Shown here piece by piece: positions 38,429-48,329 of a DNA stretch of 64,000 nucleotides (position 1 is the stretch's first letter; every line of letters begins with the position of its first letter). The notes under the pieces are model-generated. The model saw only the letters and a program-made list of their open reading frames with translations. It was not told where the DNA came from and searched no databases. The stretch lies in NCBI GenBank assembly GCA_964418945.1, contig CAYQNR010000001.1:13414-77413 (forward strand), in the 5' to 3' direction. The position numbers and the translations under genes were made by a program. Origin of the DNA: an uncultured Desulfobacteraceae bacterium (GTDB taxonomy: Bacteria; Desulfobacterota; DSM-4660; Desulfatiglandales; HGW-15).

Positions 38429-39635
38429 ACTCTTTTGCCCTTGCCCCCATTTGGTCTAAAACCGATGGATCGGAAAGGAGCCGACGGACCATGACAAAAA
38501 GCTCCTCCGCCCCATATACTCTCTGGCCCCCACCGGCCTTAATCAAGAGCTGAGACATAAGGTGAAAATTATAGGTGTACTTCCCGAAAAGAACAGGGCA
38601 GCCGAAACTGGCAGGTTCCAGAAGATTATGGCCCCCCACCGGTACCATGCTCCCACCCACGAAACTTATGTCCCCCAGGCCGTAAACGCGACTTAGTTCT
38701 CCCATGGTATCCAGAATCAGGACCTGATACGGAGGCTTACCATCTGCCTCCAGATCGCTCAACAGTACTGTCTCAAGGCCCATTCCCACACTCAACCCGT
38801 ATACATCCCCGGACCTTGTGGTCTTTCTGGGCACAATAATAAGAATAAGATCTGGAAAAATATCTTTCAGCATTTTGAATGCCTCCAGAAGAACCCCTTC
38901 TTCCCCTTCATGCGTGCTTCCGGCAACCCAAATCCTGCTTCCTGTTTTTAGGCGAAGTCGTTCCAACCAATAGCCGCGCTCCTTTTCATCCATCGGTTTC
39001 CATTCCATGTCAAACTTGATATTCCCGACAGCAGCCAACTTGTTGCTCTTCATGCCTATCTTAAGTAACATTACCTTGTCCTGCTCCGATTGCATCAAGC
39101 ACATGTCCAAGTAATCCAACATTCTCCGGGACAAAAACCAAAAACGTCTATAAGCCCTGAAGGTGCGTGGAGAGATACGTCCGTTTATCAAGATGGCTTT
39201 TACACCCCTCTTTTTAAGAAAAGAAAGAAGCCCGGGCCAGATATCGCTTTCCACCAGCAACAGAATGGAAGGACGGACATAATTCACAACTCTCCTTATC
39301 GACCACCAACAATCCAATGGCATGGGAAGCAAGATATCCACCTTACTTCCGAGTTTTTCACGGGCAATCTTCATCCCATGTTCTGTTTTCACCGTAAAAA
39401 CGATGGTTCTTGAAGGGTATTGCTTTCTGATTCCATCCACAAGCGGTATGGCGGACATTACTTCACCCACTGAGAGGGCGTGAATCCAAATATTTTTTCT
39501 CCCGGTCGGTACAGGGGGTAATTTCACGGCCAATTTCTCATAAAACCACTTGTCTCTTGATAGAAAAAATATGGGGAGGGAAAATATTAAAAAGAGGCTC
39601 CAGGCAAAATCATAGAGAAAAGAGAATTTCGGCAT
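38358..39635 (-). CDS. waaA: 3-deoxy-D-manno-octulosonic acid (Kdo) transferase
   Basis: IWIHALSVGE near the N-terminus, GGSMVPVGGHNLLEPA near the C-terminus. 425 aa. Confidence 0.88.
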   Translation of the reverse strand: MPKFSFLYDFAWSLFLIFSLPIFFLSRDKWFYEKLAVKLPPVPTGRKNIWIHALSVGEVMSAIPLVDGIRKQYPSRTIVFTVKTEHGMKIAREKLGSKVDILLPMPLDCWWSIRRVVNYVRPSILLLVESDIWPGLLSFLKKRGVKAILINGRISPRTFRAYRRFWFLSRRMLDYLDMCLMQSEQDKVMLLKIGMKSNKLAAVGNIKFDMEWKPMDEKERGYWLERLRLKTGSRIWVAGSTHEGEEGVLLEAFKMLKDIFPDLILIIVPRKTTRSGDVYGLSVGMGLETVLLSDLEADGKPPYQVLILDTMGELSRVYGLGDISFVGGSMVPVGGHNLLEPASFGCPVLFGKYTYNFHLMSQLLIKAGGGQRVYGAEELFVMVRRLLSDPSVLDQMGARAKEFVEKHKGAVERVMEYIGDYIETA

Positions 39636-39697
39636 AATATTATTCCATTAACCCTCGGGTGTGAAATCCTTTTTCAAGGAGCTATGATTCTCTCTCA

Positions 39698-41932
39698 TCA
39701 CACATTTACCGGGAGTTCTATAATAAACCTTGTCCCGCGAGGCTGATTGTCCTGGACCTCAATAAACCCGTTATGATCATGTACAATCGTATTTACTATA
39801 GCCAGGCCCAGCCCGGTTCCGTGCTTTTTGGTTGAAAAATAGGGTTCGAAAAGCCTTGTCTTCGCATAGGGAGGTATACCCTTTCCATTATCGGCAACCA
39901 CTATCCTCACTGTCTCATTTTCCTTATCATGGCTGAGATCCACCACAATCTCTCCATCCGGCTTGTCTATCGCAGCTATTGCATTGTCTAACAGGTTAAT
40001 CATCACTCTTTTAATCTGCTCTTTATCCACTCTAAACAGCGGCAATTTGTCTGTGTCGTGAAAGATCACTTTAACATTATTCTGTGTCTCCTCATAGAGG
40101 CCTACCGCTTCCTTTATAATTTGGTTTATATCCTCCAGTGCCGGACTTGATGCCGGCATCCGGGCATAGATGGAAAATTCGTTTACCAGACGCCTTAATC
40201 CTTCGACCTGATTGATTATCATATCCGTACATTCCTCAAAGACCTTGCCGTCAAACTTACTCACCATGTTCCCGTATCTCTTTTTAAGCCTCTGAGCAGA
40301 GAGCTGAATGGGTGTAAGGGGATTCTTTACTTCATGGGCAATACGTCTTGCCACCTCCCGCCATGCGGCCATCCTTTGTGCCTTCTCGATTTCTGTGAGA
40401 TCCTCAAACACCGCCACCAGTCCGGAATATTTCCCCTGATCATCACGCAGCATATTGATGGAAAACAGCAATGTTAGATTCCTGTTCCCGACCGACAGGT
40501 TTATCTGCTTTTGCATAAAACCTTTCCGGAGAAGGGTCCTACCCCCGACAAAATCATTGATTACCTTGATTTGTTCCCGATTCAATATATCCTTATAATC
40601 TTTACCGATAATATTTTCAGCCTTTATATTCAACATCTCCTGCGCTGATTTGTTGATAGTCAGGATCTTTCCTTCCATATCGGTGGAGACTACACCCGCT
40701 CCAACATTTGCCAGGACAATCTCCATATAAAGGCGCCTTTGTTCTATCTCCGCATTCCGCCTTATCAATTCCTCATTTGTTGCCTCCAGCTGTTTTTTGC
40801 TGTTTTTGAGATCGAGGGTCATTCTGTTAAAAGAATTTACCAGTACACCTATCTCGTCGGGCGCCCCCAGATCGATAAAAAAGTCATAATCACCCGAAGC
40901 AATTCGTTCGGTCCCTTCGGCCAGTTCCTGAATCGGAACAGTGATGCCTTTCGAAAGGAAAAAACCGAACCACACGGAAGTAAAGATAATGAGAAGGGTT
41001 ACAATGGATAACGTAATCATATGGTTTATCTTTATGGGCCTTTTCAGTATTTTAAACTGTCTGTACTCCTCCAGCCCTCTTGATATGCCGTCTACCCTGC
41101 TGACAAAAACCTCGGGAATAAATTTTGACAAAACAATAAAACCTACCACCGCCTTGGACTCGGTCCTTGAAAATATAGGTACAATTACACTCACCAGTTC
41201 TCCCTGGGCCGAGGACTGAATATCCTGAACATCCGTGCCTTTCTCAAAACTCTCCCACAGGGAAGTTTCAGGTGGGTTTTTGAAGGGAGACAATTCTGTA
41301 CTGTCATCCATTGCGGAGGCCCTTAACTCCATTGATCGAGAAAAGACCTTTATTGAGGTAAGGTTGTATTCCGAACGTTTTTCGTTGATGAACTTCTCCA
41401 GATCCTCTGTCCTGGAAACCAGCATATAACCGTGATACGTTATCAGCTGGCTGAGATTGTTGCCAAAGGAAATAATCTCATCATTAATATATTGATAATA
41501 GTCCTCTCCCACTTCCACAGAATTCCTCAGTGATCTCTCAATGGGAAGATTATACCAGTATTCAATAGACACGGAAATAAACTGAACAGAGACAAAGAAA
41601 AGGATTATCGTCGGCAGCAAGGAGAGTGTTATAAAGGCCACTACCAGCTTGGTCCTGAGCCTTGCCCCCATAATCTTTCTTTTTCTTTCAAAAATCAGCT
41701 TGACCAGATTCCTCATGGTCAGGAAAAGCAGAAGCAGGAGCAAAATAACATTGATGTTAATAAGTGCGAAAACAAGAATACTGTTTGATATGGGAAGATC
41801 CACACCTAGGTCATAGATCTTGAAACCCAGATAGGACAGGAAAAAGACAACGACGATGAGGCATGCTATGATAACACGCTCTCTTCGTTGCCTTTTAAGA
41901 TCCTTGATATTGTTCTCCTGATAACTTTTCAT
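39698..41932 (-). CDS. Sensor histidine kinase, NtrY-like (TM-HAMP-PAS-HisKA-HATPase)
   Basis: Multiple N-terminal TM segments, HAMP, PAS, H-box IAHEVKNPLTPI, N-box LLDNAIAA and G-boxes DNGKGI and GTGLGLAIV. No cognate regulator gene is adjacent. Confidence 0.85.
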   Translation of the reverse strand: MKSYQENNIKDLKRQRRERVIIACLIVVVFFLSYLGFKIYDLGVDLPISNSILVFALININVILLLLLLFLTMRNLVKLIFERKRKIMGARLRTKLVVAFITLSLLPTIILFFVSVQFISVSIEYWYNLPIERSLRNSVEVGEDYYQYINDEIISFGNNLSQLITYHGYMLVSRTEDLEKFINEKRSEYNLTSIKVFSRSMELRASAMDDSTELSPFKNPPETSLWESFEKGTDVQDIQSSAQGELVSVIVPIFSRTESKAVVGFIVLSKFIPEVFVSRVDGISRGLEEYRQFKILKRPIKINHMITLSIVTLLIIFTSVWFGFFLSKGITVPIQELAEGTERIASGDYDFFIDLGAPDEIGVLVNSFNRMTLDLKNSKKQLEATNEELIRRNAEIEQRRLYMEIVLANVGAGVVSTDMEGKILTINKSAQEMLNIKAENIIGKDYKDILNREQIKVINDFVGGRTLLRKGFMQKQINLSVGNRNLTLLFSINMLRDDQGKYSGLVAVFEDLTEIEKAQRMAAWREVARRIAHEVKNPLTPIQLSAQRLKKRYGNMVSKFDGKVFEECTDMIINQVEGLRRLVNEFSIYARMPASSPALEDINQIIKEAVGLYEETQNNVKVIFHDTDKLPLFRVDKEQIKRVMINLLDNAIAAIDKPDGEIVVDLSHDKENETVRIVVADNGKGIPPYAKTRLFEPYFSTKKHGTGLGLAIVNTIVHDHNGFIEVQDNQPRGTRFIIELPVNV

Positions 41933-42140
41933 CTTTTCCTGATATTTTGGATCCCTGGAAGGTTCAGGCGGCTTGGGGCCCTACCGGAACTTGTTGGTAT
42001 ATATCGATATTTTTATAAGGTATGATATCCGAGGGAAGAGATAAATGCAATAGTAATCACACCCCTGATTCACCATCAGGAGTCATCTGTGACCCAACTG
42101 AATGAAAAGATATATATTTTTAGGTATAATAAGACTCTAA

Positions 42141-43073
42141 TTAGGCAGCAACAGATTCCGGCGATCCAAATACCGGGATTTTCACACTGGCTTCGACCCC
42201 GTCTTCCAGGCTTTCCACGGTCAATCTCTTCCAGTACCTCTTGCTGGCGGTCAGTTTCTTTAACATGGACTGATTGAGTGAATGCCCCGACTTCTGTACA
42301 TAAAAATGTCCGATAACCGGTGAACCTATAACCGCAAGGTCCCCTATAAAATCCAGAATCTTATGTCTTACAAATTCGTCTTTGTACCTAAGGCCATCCT
42401 CATTCAGCACCCTAAAACCATCGATAACAATGGCATTGTCCAAGGATCCTCCCCTGGCTAACCCTGCCTCCCTTAAGGCCTGAATATCTTTCAAAAAACC
42501 GAAGGTGCGGGCCCTGCTTATCTCATCAATAAAACTCTTACCGGAAAAGCGCAGGTTATATCTTTGAGTATTTATCAGCGGGTGCCGAAAATCCACTGTA
42601 AAGGATATCTTAAGCTGTTTTGACGGCTTTACGATGATTGATCTATTACCTTCCTGAATCTTAAATGTCCTCTTTATTACAATAAACTCTTTGGGGTTCT
42701 TTTGTTCTCTAATACCGACACTTTTCAAAAGGAAGATAAAGGGGGCCGAACTCCCGTCCATAATAGGAACCTCGGGGCCGTCGACCTCCACTAGGGCGTT
42801 ATCAATTCCGAAACCGAAAAAGGCGGCCATTAAATGCTCTATTGTTGAGACCTTGTTCCCGTTATTATTCCCTATGGTGGTAGACATGTTAGTATCCACC
42901 ACGTTTTCAAACCGGACCTTTATTGCTCGACGTCCGGGTAAGTCCTTCCTTAGAAATTTAATCCCGCTGTCAGGCGGGGCCGGTTTAATGGTTAGCCTTA
43001 CCTTTTTCCCGCTATGCAGCCCAATTCCTGTACAACTTATATTATCTCGAACCGTACGTTGTTTATAATCCAC
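42141..43073 (-). CDS. lpxC: UDP-3-O-acyl-N-acetylglucosamine deacetylase
   Basis: GIGLHSGKKV, TIEHLMAA, PIMDGSSAPF and HKILDFIGDL motifs. Confidence 0.92.
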   Translation of the reverse strand: MDYKQRTVRDNISCTGIGLHSGKKVRLTIKPAPPDSGIKFLRKDLPGRRAIKVRFENVVDTNMSTTIGNNNGNKVSTIEHLMAAFFGFGIDNALVEVDGPEVPIMDGSSAPFIFLLKSVGIREQKNPKEFIVIKRTFKIQEGNRSIIVKPSKQLKISFTVDFRHPLINTQRYNLRFSGKSFIDEISRARTFGFLKDIQALREAGLARGGSLDNAIVIDGFRVLNEDGLRYKDEFVRHKILDFIGDLAVIGSPVIGHFYVQKSGHSLNQSMLKKLTASKRYWKRLTVESLEDGVEASVKIPVFGSPESVAA

Positions 43074-43343
43074 ATCATGCCCCTGTTTAAACTAATTGAA
43101 TTGAATTAAATAGCACCCTCATTCCTGCAATTAACGTGCCATTACGGTTAAAGTCAAAGTGAATAGCCATGTATCTGTTTTTGCTTTTGTTTTTGCTAAT
43201 TCATCCTTGAATTGCAGGATCCCCTTTTGCGGTGATATCAGTCAGTGTGGTATATATACCACATACGTATTCAACCCGGTGAGGATTGATTGGCCCTTCC
43301 ACTCGGCCTGACATCCGCGAAACAACCCTATTGTCTAAATTTT

Positions 43344-43716
43344 GGTTCATCCGCTTAATCAGTACGGTAGCTAATTATATCTAGATACTTTGCGTTACAT
43401 GGGCCATGGGGTTCTCTTTTAAGCGGCGAACTCGTTTATGTGCTATGACCCTGCACAAAACAAGACGAGGCGGGCGGGTAGCCTTTTCCAGACTTGGCCG
43501 GACTCGAGAATTTTGTGTTATCTCATAAGTATTCCGCCCGCCTGGGTGGCACCTTACGTAGTTAGCATGCTGTTAATGTTTTCGTCCCTTAAAAGAGAGC
43601 CCCATGGGCCATTAAGCTACTTATAATGGAGCCCCACGGGCAAGCACGTGGTCTTCTGCGAAGGAGGATAAGGTTTAATCTTTTACTTCTTTACGTACTC
43701 CTTAACCGGATGAAAC
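43344..43716 (+). mobile_element. MITE-like composite element, copy F
   Basis: Degenerate TIRs GGTTCATCCGCTTAATCAGTACG ... CGTACTCCTTAACCGGATGAAAC. Inner module at 43401-43610. The right arm carries hairpin CCACGGGCAAGCACGTGG. Confidence 0.8.
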
Positions 43717-43903
43717 TAAATCTTTATGTCTTTTGTCTCGATAATTGTCTCTTTGTATGCTATAAGAATATAATAAAAGTCAATGCATTTCGGTAAAGAC
43801 TTTGCCTATACTATCTATCATGCTATATTCTAATCGGAGATTATTGAACATATACAAGCTTCCCAAGACATATAGGTATAATTCCCCTAAAAGACAATAA
43901 ATC

Positions 43904-45139
43904 ATGGAAAAAAGTGATCCGGATATATCACAAAAGATTGCCCATGTCTTGTTAATCATAATCTTTTTTATATTCATCGTCGGCTTATGGGCTTGTTACC
44001 GCCCCCTTGAAGAGGCCCCCCAAGTGCCTGAACAGGCCCTAATACCGATCAAGTACTTCTATCCCGAATTCAATGATGACATGGATTTCGGCTCCCTTGC
44101 CACTGCGATAGAGAGGAATTTCCAATATCTGGACAGACTTGATCCGGAACACGTCTTTTTCTACGGTCCCCACAAATTCACCTGCCGGCAGGTACGTGAA
44201 AGTCAGGAAGCCTTTTTAGAACTTATCCTAGGCATCCGTGGCTCTGAGGAATTGAATAGAGAAATCAAAGAGAATTTCAATGTCTATCGGGCTGCAGGCC
44301 GGGTCGGCAACAGGAGTATCCTGTTTACCGGTTATTTTGAACCCATATACGAAGCAAGGCTTACCCCTGACAAAGTCTTCAAGTATCCAATATACACCCT
44401 CCCCGGTGATCTGATTAAAATAGATCTATCCCCTTTCAGCGAAAGATTCCAGGGGCAAAGTATTACAGCAAGGATAGAAGGCAACAAGGTACTGCCATAT
44501 TATTCCCGAAAACAGATAGAAACAGGAAAGGCTTTGGAGGGGAGAAACCTGGAGATAGCCTGGTTAAAAGATTCTGTTGATGTCGCCTTTCTGCATATCC
44601 AGGGTTCAGGCCGTCTAAACTTGCCGGATGGAAACAGGATCACCGTAGGCTACCTGGCATCAAACGGGAGGCCCTATCACAGCATAGGGAGATACATGAT
44701 TGATAAGGGTTATATGGGTAATGAGGGGATGTCAATGCAGGGCATCCGCGATTTTTTCAGAAAACACCCTGAAGTTATTGAGGAAGTGCTGAATCATAAC
44801 CCCTCTTATGTGTTCTTCAGGACTCTGGATAATGGCCCTCTAGGCAATATCCGCGTTCCTCTCACCGCCGGGAGATCTATTGCACTGGATTCGGGACTTT
44901 TCCCCAAAGGAGCCCTTTGTTTTATATCATCCGAGAAACCTGTAATAGAACATAATGGAGAGATAGTCGGATGGGCAGCGTTCTCCCGTTTTACCGTAAA
45001 TCAGGATACTGGTGGAGCCATAAAGGGCGCGGGCAGAGCGGACATCTTCTGGGGAAATGATAAATATGCCGAGTTAGCAGCCGGCCATATGCAGCATGAA
45101 GGAGATCTGTACGTCCTTATGAAAAAACCCGGAAGATGA
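43904..45139 (+). CDS. mltA: Membrane-bound lytic murein transglycosylase A
   Basis: MltA-specific and 3D-domain motifs (TGYFEP, LHIQGSGRL, SYVFF, DTGGAIKG). N-terminal TM anchor. Confidence 0.85.
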   Translation: MEKSDPDISQKIAHVLLIIIFFIFIVGLWACYRPLEEAPQVPEQALIPIKYFYPEFNDDMDFGSLATAIERNFQYLDRLDPEHVFFYGPHKFTCRQVRESQEAFLELILGIRGSEELNREIKENFNVYRAAGRVGNRSILFTGYFEPIYEARLTPDKVFKYPIYTLPGDLIKIDLSPFSERFQGQSITARIEGNKVLPYYSRKQIETGKALEGRNLEIAWLKDSVDVAFLHIQGSGRLNLPDGNRITVGYLASNGRPYHSIGRYMIDKGYMGNEGMSMQGIRDFFRKHPEVIEEVLNHNPSYVFFRTLDNGPLGNIRVPLTAGRSIALDSGLFPKGALCFISSEKPVIEHNGEIVGWAAFSRFTVNQDTGGAIKGAGRADIFWGNDKYAELAAGHMQHEGDLYVLMKKPGR

Positions 45140-45174
45140 TACGAATAGTAGAATATTAATCTATAAATGATCTA

Positions 45175-47253
45175 CTAAATAGAAAACTTGGAAAAATCTG
45201 CCATGGTCAAAAAGAGTTCTGCAAGGTGTTGCAATAAGGCTACCCGGTTATCTCTCAGCCCTGGATCTTCCTTTGTCAAGACCTCCACACCATCAAAAAA
45301 TGCGTCTACCGGTCCCTTGAGCTTGGCCAGGACATTTAGTGCATTGAAATAGTCCCTCTTTTCCATAAACTCGCGGATCTCTTTTTCAAGTTCCTGAGAG
45401 GCCTTCCAAAGATCCGTTTCACAGCTTTCTTTAAACATGGACTCATCTACTTTTAGAGGCTCCTTCTGGCCTTTTATTATATTGGAAACTCTTTTAAAGG
45501 TAAGGGCAAGAGACTGGAAATCGTGTGATTCCGATATAAATCTCCTCAGATGCTCCATCCTGACCGAAAGTTCACAAAGGTCGTCAAACTCCGCTGAAAC
45601 AACCGCTTCAATAAGGTCAGTCCCATATCCTAAAGCAGACATCCTGTTTTTATATCGCTCTCTGAAAAAATCAAGCAGGTCACTGAAGGTCTTATCGCTG
45701 TCAAATCTTACATGCTCTCTCAATATCTCCAAAGACCTTGAGATCAGACCGGAAAGGGACACGTTCCAAGCGTTGTTCTCCAGGATTCTTATTATGGCAA
45801 GGGCGTGCCTGCGGAGGGCAAAGGGATCCGCCGCTCCGGTGGGCTGTAATCCGATTGCGAAGCATCCTCCTACCGTATCCATCCTGTCCGCCAATCCCAC
45901 AATAGACCCTATCGGTGATGAAGGTAAATCGTCATCTGCCTTAGCTGGAAGATAGTGTTCATGAATCGCCACGCAGACCTCTTCCGGATGGCCGTCCATC
46001 CTGGCATATTCCCTGCCCATAACACCCTGCAGGGTCGGGAACTCCATAACCATCTCGGTAACCAGATCGCATTTACATAATCTTGCGGCAAGTTGGACAT
46101 TATCGCCCTTTTCCGGTGCTATCTGTTCGGCCAGGTATCTCGCCAATTCCGTAAACCGCTGCACCTTGGCAAAGGAGGTGCCTAGTTCGGCCTGGTAAAT
46201 GACCCCTTTCAGGTCTTCTAATCGGTCTTCAAGGGGCCTTTTTCGGTCCTCATCAAAAAAGAAAACCGCATCTGACAGCCTGGCCTTTAGAACCCTCTCA
46301 TGCCCCTTTGTGACAACCGAATCATCCTTGGGAACGGTATTATTTACGGCCACAAAATGGGGTATTAAACTTCCATTCCTATCCTGGATTGCAAAGTATC
46401 TTTGATGTTCTTTCATCACCGTTATTAAAACGGGTTCGGGAAGATCCAGGAATTTTTCCTCAAATCTGCCGCATATGGAGTAAGGAAATTCCACAAGATT
46501 GGAAACGGTTCTTACCAGATCCATATCTTGCACGGGGACCCCACCAACATCCTTCGCCTTTTTGATTGTCTGGTCTTCGATCTCCTTTCTCCTATCCTCG
46601 GGGTTTATCATCACCGAAGATTCTTTCATCTTCTTGAAATAATCCCGGAGGCCCTTTACTTGCAATGCGCGGGGAGACATAAACCTGTGTCCCATGGTCC
46701 TGCTCCCGCTCCTTACTCCTGCCGTTCCAAAAGGGATCACTCTACCGTCCAAAAGGGCTAGGATCCAGTGAACAGGACGAACAAAGGGGAAACCAATACT
46801 TCCCCACCGCATGGATTTAGGCCAGGGAATCCTGGGTATTACCTGGGGCAGGATCTCCGACAGGACTTCACCGCTAGGCCGACCGGGTATGTGACGCTTT
46901 AGACCGAGATATTCACCTTTCTGAGTCTCTACAATCCGGATATCATCAAGAGTAACCCCGTATTTTTGGGCAAAACCTATGGCAGCCTTTGTGGGATTTC
47001 CTCTCTGATCATATGCCGCTTTCCTCGACGGTCCCATCAATTCCTGGAACATGTCTTCCTGTTTCTCAGCAACCTTCCGGCAAAAAAGCACCATCCGCCT
47101 GGGCGTCCAGTACACGAAAAGTTCCCCCGAAATCACGATTCTGTTTTCTTCCAGACTTGACTTTGTCAGGCGCCCGAACTCTTCCGGGGCACTATCGAGA
47201 TAATCCGAAGGAATCTCTTCCGTCCCTATCTCCAACAAAAATTCAGCAGTCAT
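45175..47253 (-). CDS. glyS: Glycine--tRNA ligase beta subunit
   Basis: N-terminus FLLEIGTEEIP and a length of 692 aa, with GlyS-typical conserved blocks (FATPRR-like WTPRRM, HEHY). No glyQ is adjacent. Confidence 0.92.
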   Translation of the reverse strand: MTAEFLLEIGTEEIPSDYLDSAPEEFGRLTKSSLEENRIVISGELFVYWTPRRMVLFCRKVAEKQEDMFQELMGPSRKAAYDQRGNPTKAAIGFAQKYGVTLDDIRIVETQKGEYLGLKRHIPGRPSGEVLSEILPQVIPRIPWPKSMRWGSIGFPFVRPVHWILALLDGRVIPFGTAGVRSGSRTMGHRFMSPRALQVKGLRDYFKKMKESSVMINPEDRRKEIEDQTIKKAKDVGGVPVQDMDLVRTVSNLVEFPYSICGRFEEKFLDLPEPVLITVMKEHQRYFAIQDRNGSLIPHFVAVNNTVPKDDSVVTKGHERVLKARLSDAVFFFDEDRKRPLEDRLEDLKGVIYQAELGTSFAKVQRFTELARYLAEQIAPEKGDNVQLAARLCKCDLVTEMVMEFPTLQGVMGREYARMDGHPEEVCVAIHEHYLPAKADDDLPSSPIGSIVGLADRMDTVGGCFAIGLQPTGAADPFALRRHALAIIRILENNAWNVSLSGLISRSLEILREHVRFDSDKTFSDLLDFFRERYKNRMSALGYGTDLIEAVVSAEFDDLCELSVRMEHLRRFISESHDFQSLALTFKRVSNIIKGQKEPLKVDESMFKESCETDLWKASQELEKEIREFMEKRDYFNALNVLAKLKGPVDAFFDGVEVLTKEDPGLRDNRVALLQHLAELFLTMADFSKFSI

Positions 47254-47279
47254 GCTTCCCTTTCAACCTCAATCTTTTT

Positions 47280-47601
47280 GGTTCATCCGGTTAATGAGTA
47301 CGGAAAGGACTTTATATAAATACTTGGTTTGGCCCATGGGGTTCTCTTTGCGACAGGCGAACTTGTTTATGTGCAAGGCGCGGGCAATAAGCCGGACTAG
47401 GCGGGCGGCGGGCTATTGGAATAATATACCAGGACCGGAAGTCCGGCTATCATCTCAGAAGTTACCCGCCCGCCTGGCAGGCACCTTATGCTATTATCTT
47501 GCTTCTAACCTTTTCGCCGCTGCAAAGAGAGCCCCATGGGCCGAATATCACCAATCTTGCTATAGTATTATCATTAAGTGTGCTCATTCGCCGGATGATC
47601 C
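47280..47601 (+). mobile_element. MITE-like composite element, copy G (subfamily 2, filled)
   Basis: The arms are nearly identical to copy H. A variant inner module at 47331-47542 is inserted in GGCCCATGGGCC. The element fills most of the glyS-metV divergent intergenic region. Confidence 0.85.
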
Positions 47602-47633
47602 GAATTACCTGTCAGGGATATAGGAGGATTAAG

Positions 47634-48329
47634 GTGTTACTCTCGGAACAGAAACCTTTCGATGAGATATTAGGGTATTTGGAGCATGAAGAGAAAGTAT
47701 TTATTTTGGGCTGTGACGGATGTGCACAAGCAAGTCAGACTGGAGGATTACCTCAAGTGCTGGAGATGAAAGAACGATTGAAAAAGGAGGGGAAAACAGT
47801 GACAGGTTACCATGTGGCTGATTTCCTCTGTCAGAAGGCTTTGGTGGCTTCAAGGCTGAGGCCCCTGGAAGATACCATAATGGTGTCAGATTCCCTCTTG
47901 GTTCTCTCCTGTGGTATTGGCATCCAATGTGCAGCCGCCATGGTAAAAAAGCCGATACACCCTGGCTGCAATACTATCAATCTTGGTGGTTCCCGGGGAG
48001 AATGGAAGGGGTATGAACGTTGCCTGGAATGCGGAGATTGTTTACTGGAATATACTGGCGGTATTTGTCCACTCACAGTGTGTTCAAAAGGACTTAGGAA
48101 TGGAGCATGCGGAGGGGCTTCCAACGCTAAATGCGAAGTAAGCCGTGATAGGCCCTGCGGGTGGGAGACGATTTACACACGCCTGAAGGAGACAGGAAGA
48201 GTCGATATGATAAAGAGATTTATTCCTCCTAAGGAATGGAACAAGATGAGGCCCAGATCAGAGATGCTTTCCACACCCATTTGGGCTCTTGAGCAAAGAG
48301 ATGGGTCAAGAGAGGAGCGGCCAGGATAA
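47634..48329 (+). CDS. metV: Methylenetetrahydrofolate reductase C-terminal-domain protein (MetV-like Cys-rich subunit)
   Basis: Cys-rich motifs CLECGDCLL and GGICPLTVCSKGLRNGACGG...KCEV. GTG start after TAGGAGGA. The longer track ORF starts inside the repeat. TAATG overlap with metF. Confidence 0.75.
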   Translation: MLLSEQKPFDEILGYLEHEEKVFILGCDGCAQASQTGGLPQVLEMKERLKKEGKTVTGYHVADFLCQKALVASRLRPLEDTIMVSDSLLVLSCGIGIQCAAAMVKKPIHPGCNTINLGGSRGEWKGYERCLECGDCLLEYTGGICPLTVCSKGLRNGACGGASNAKCEVSRDRPCGWETIYTRLKETGRVDMIKRFIPPKEWNKMRPRSEMLSTPIWALEQRDGSREERPG

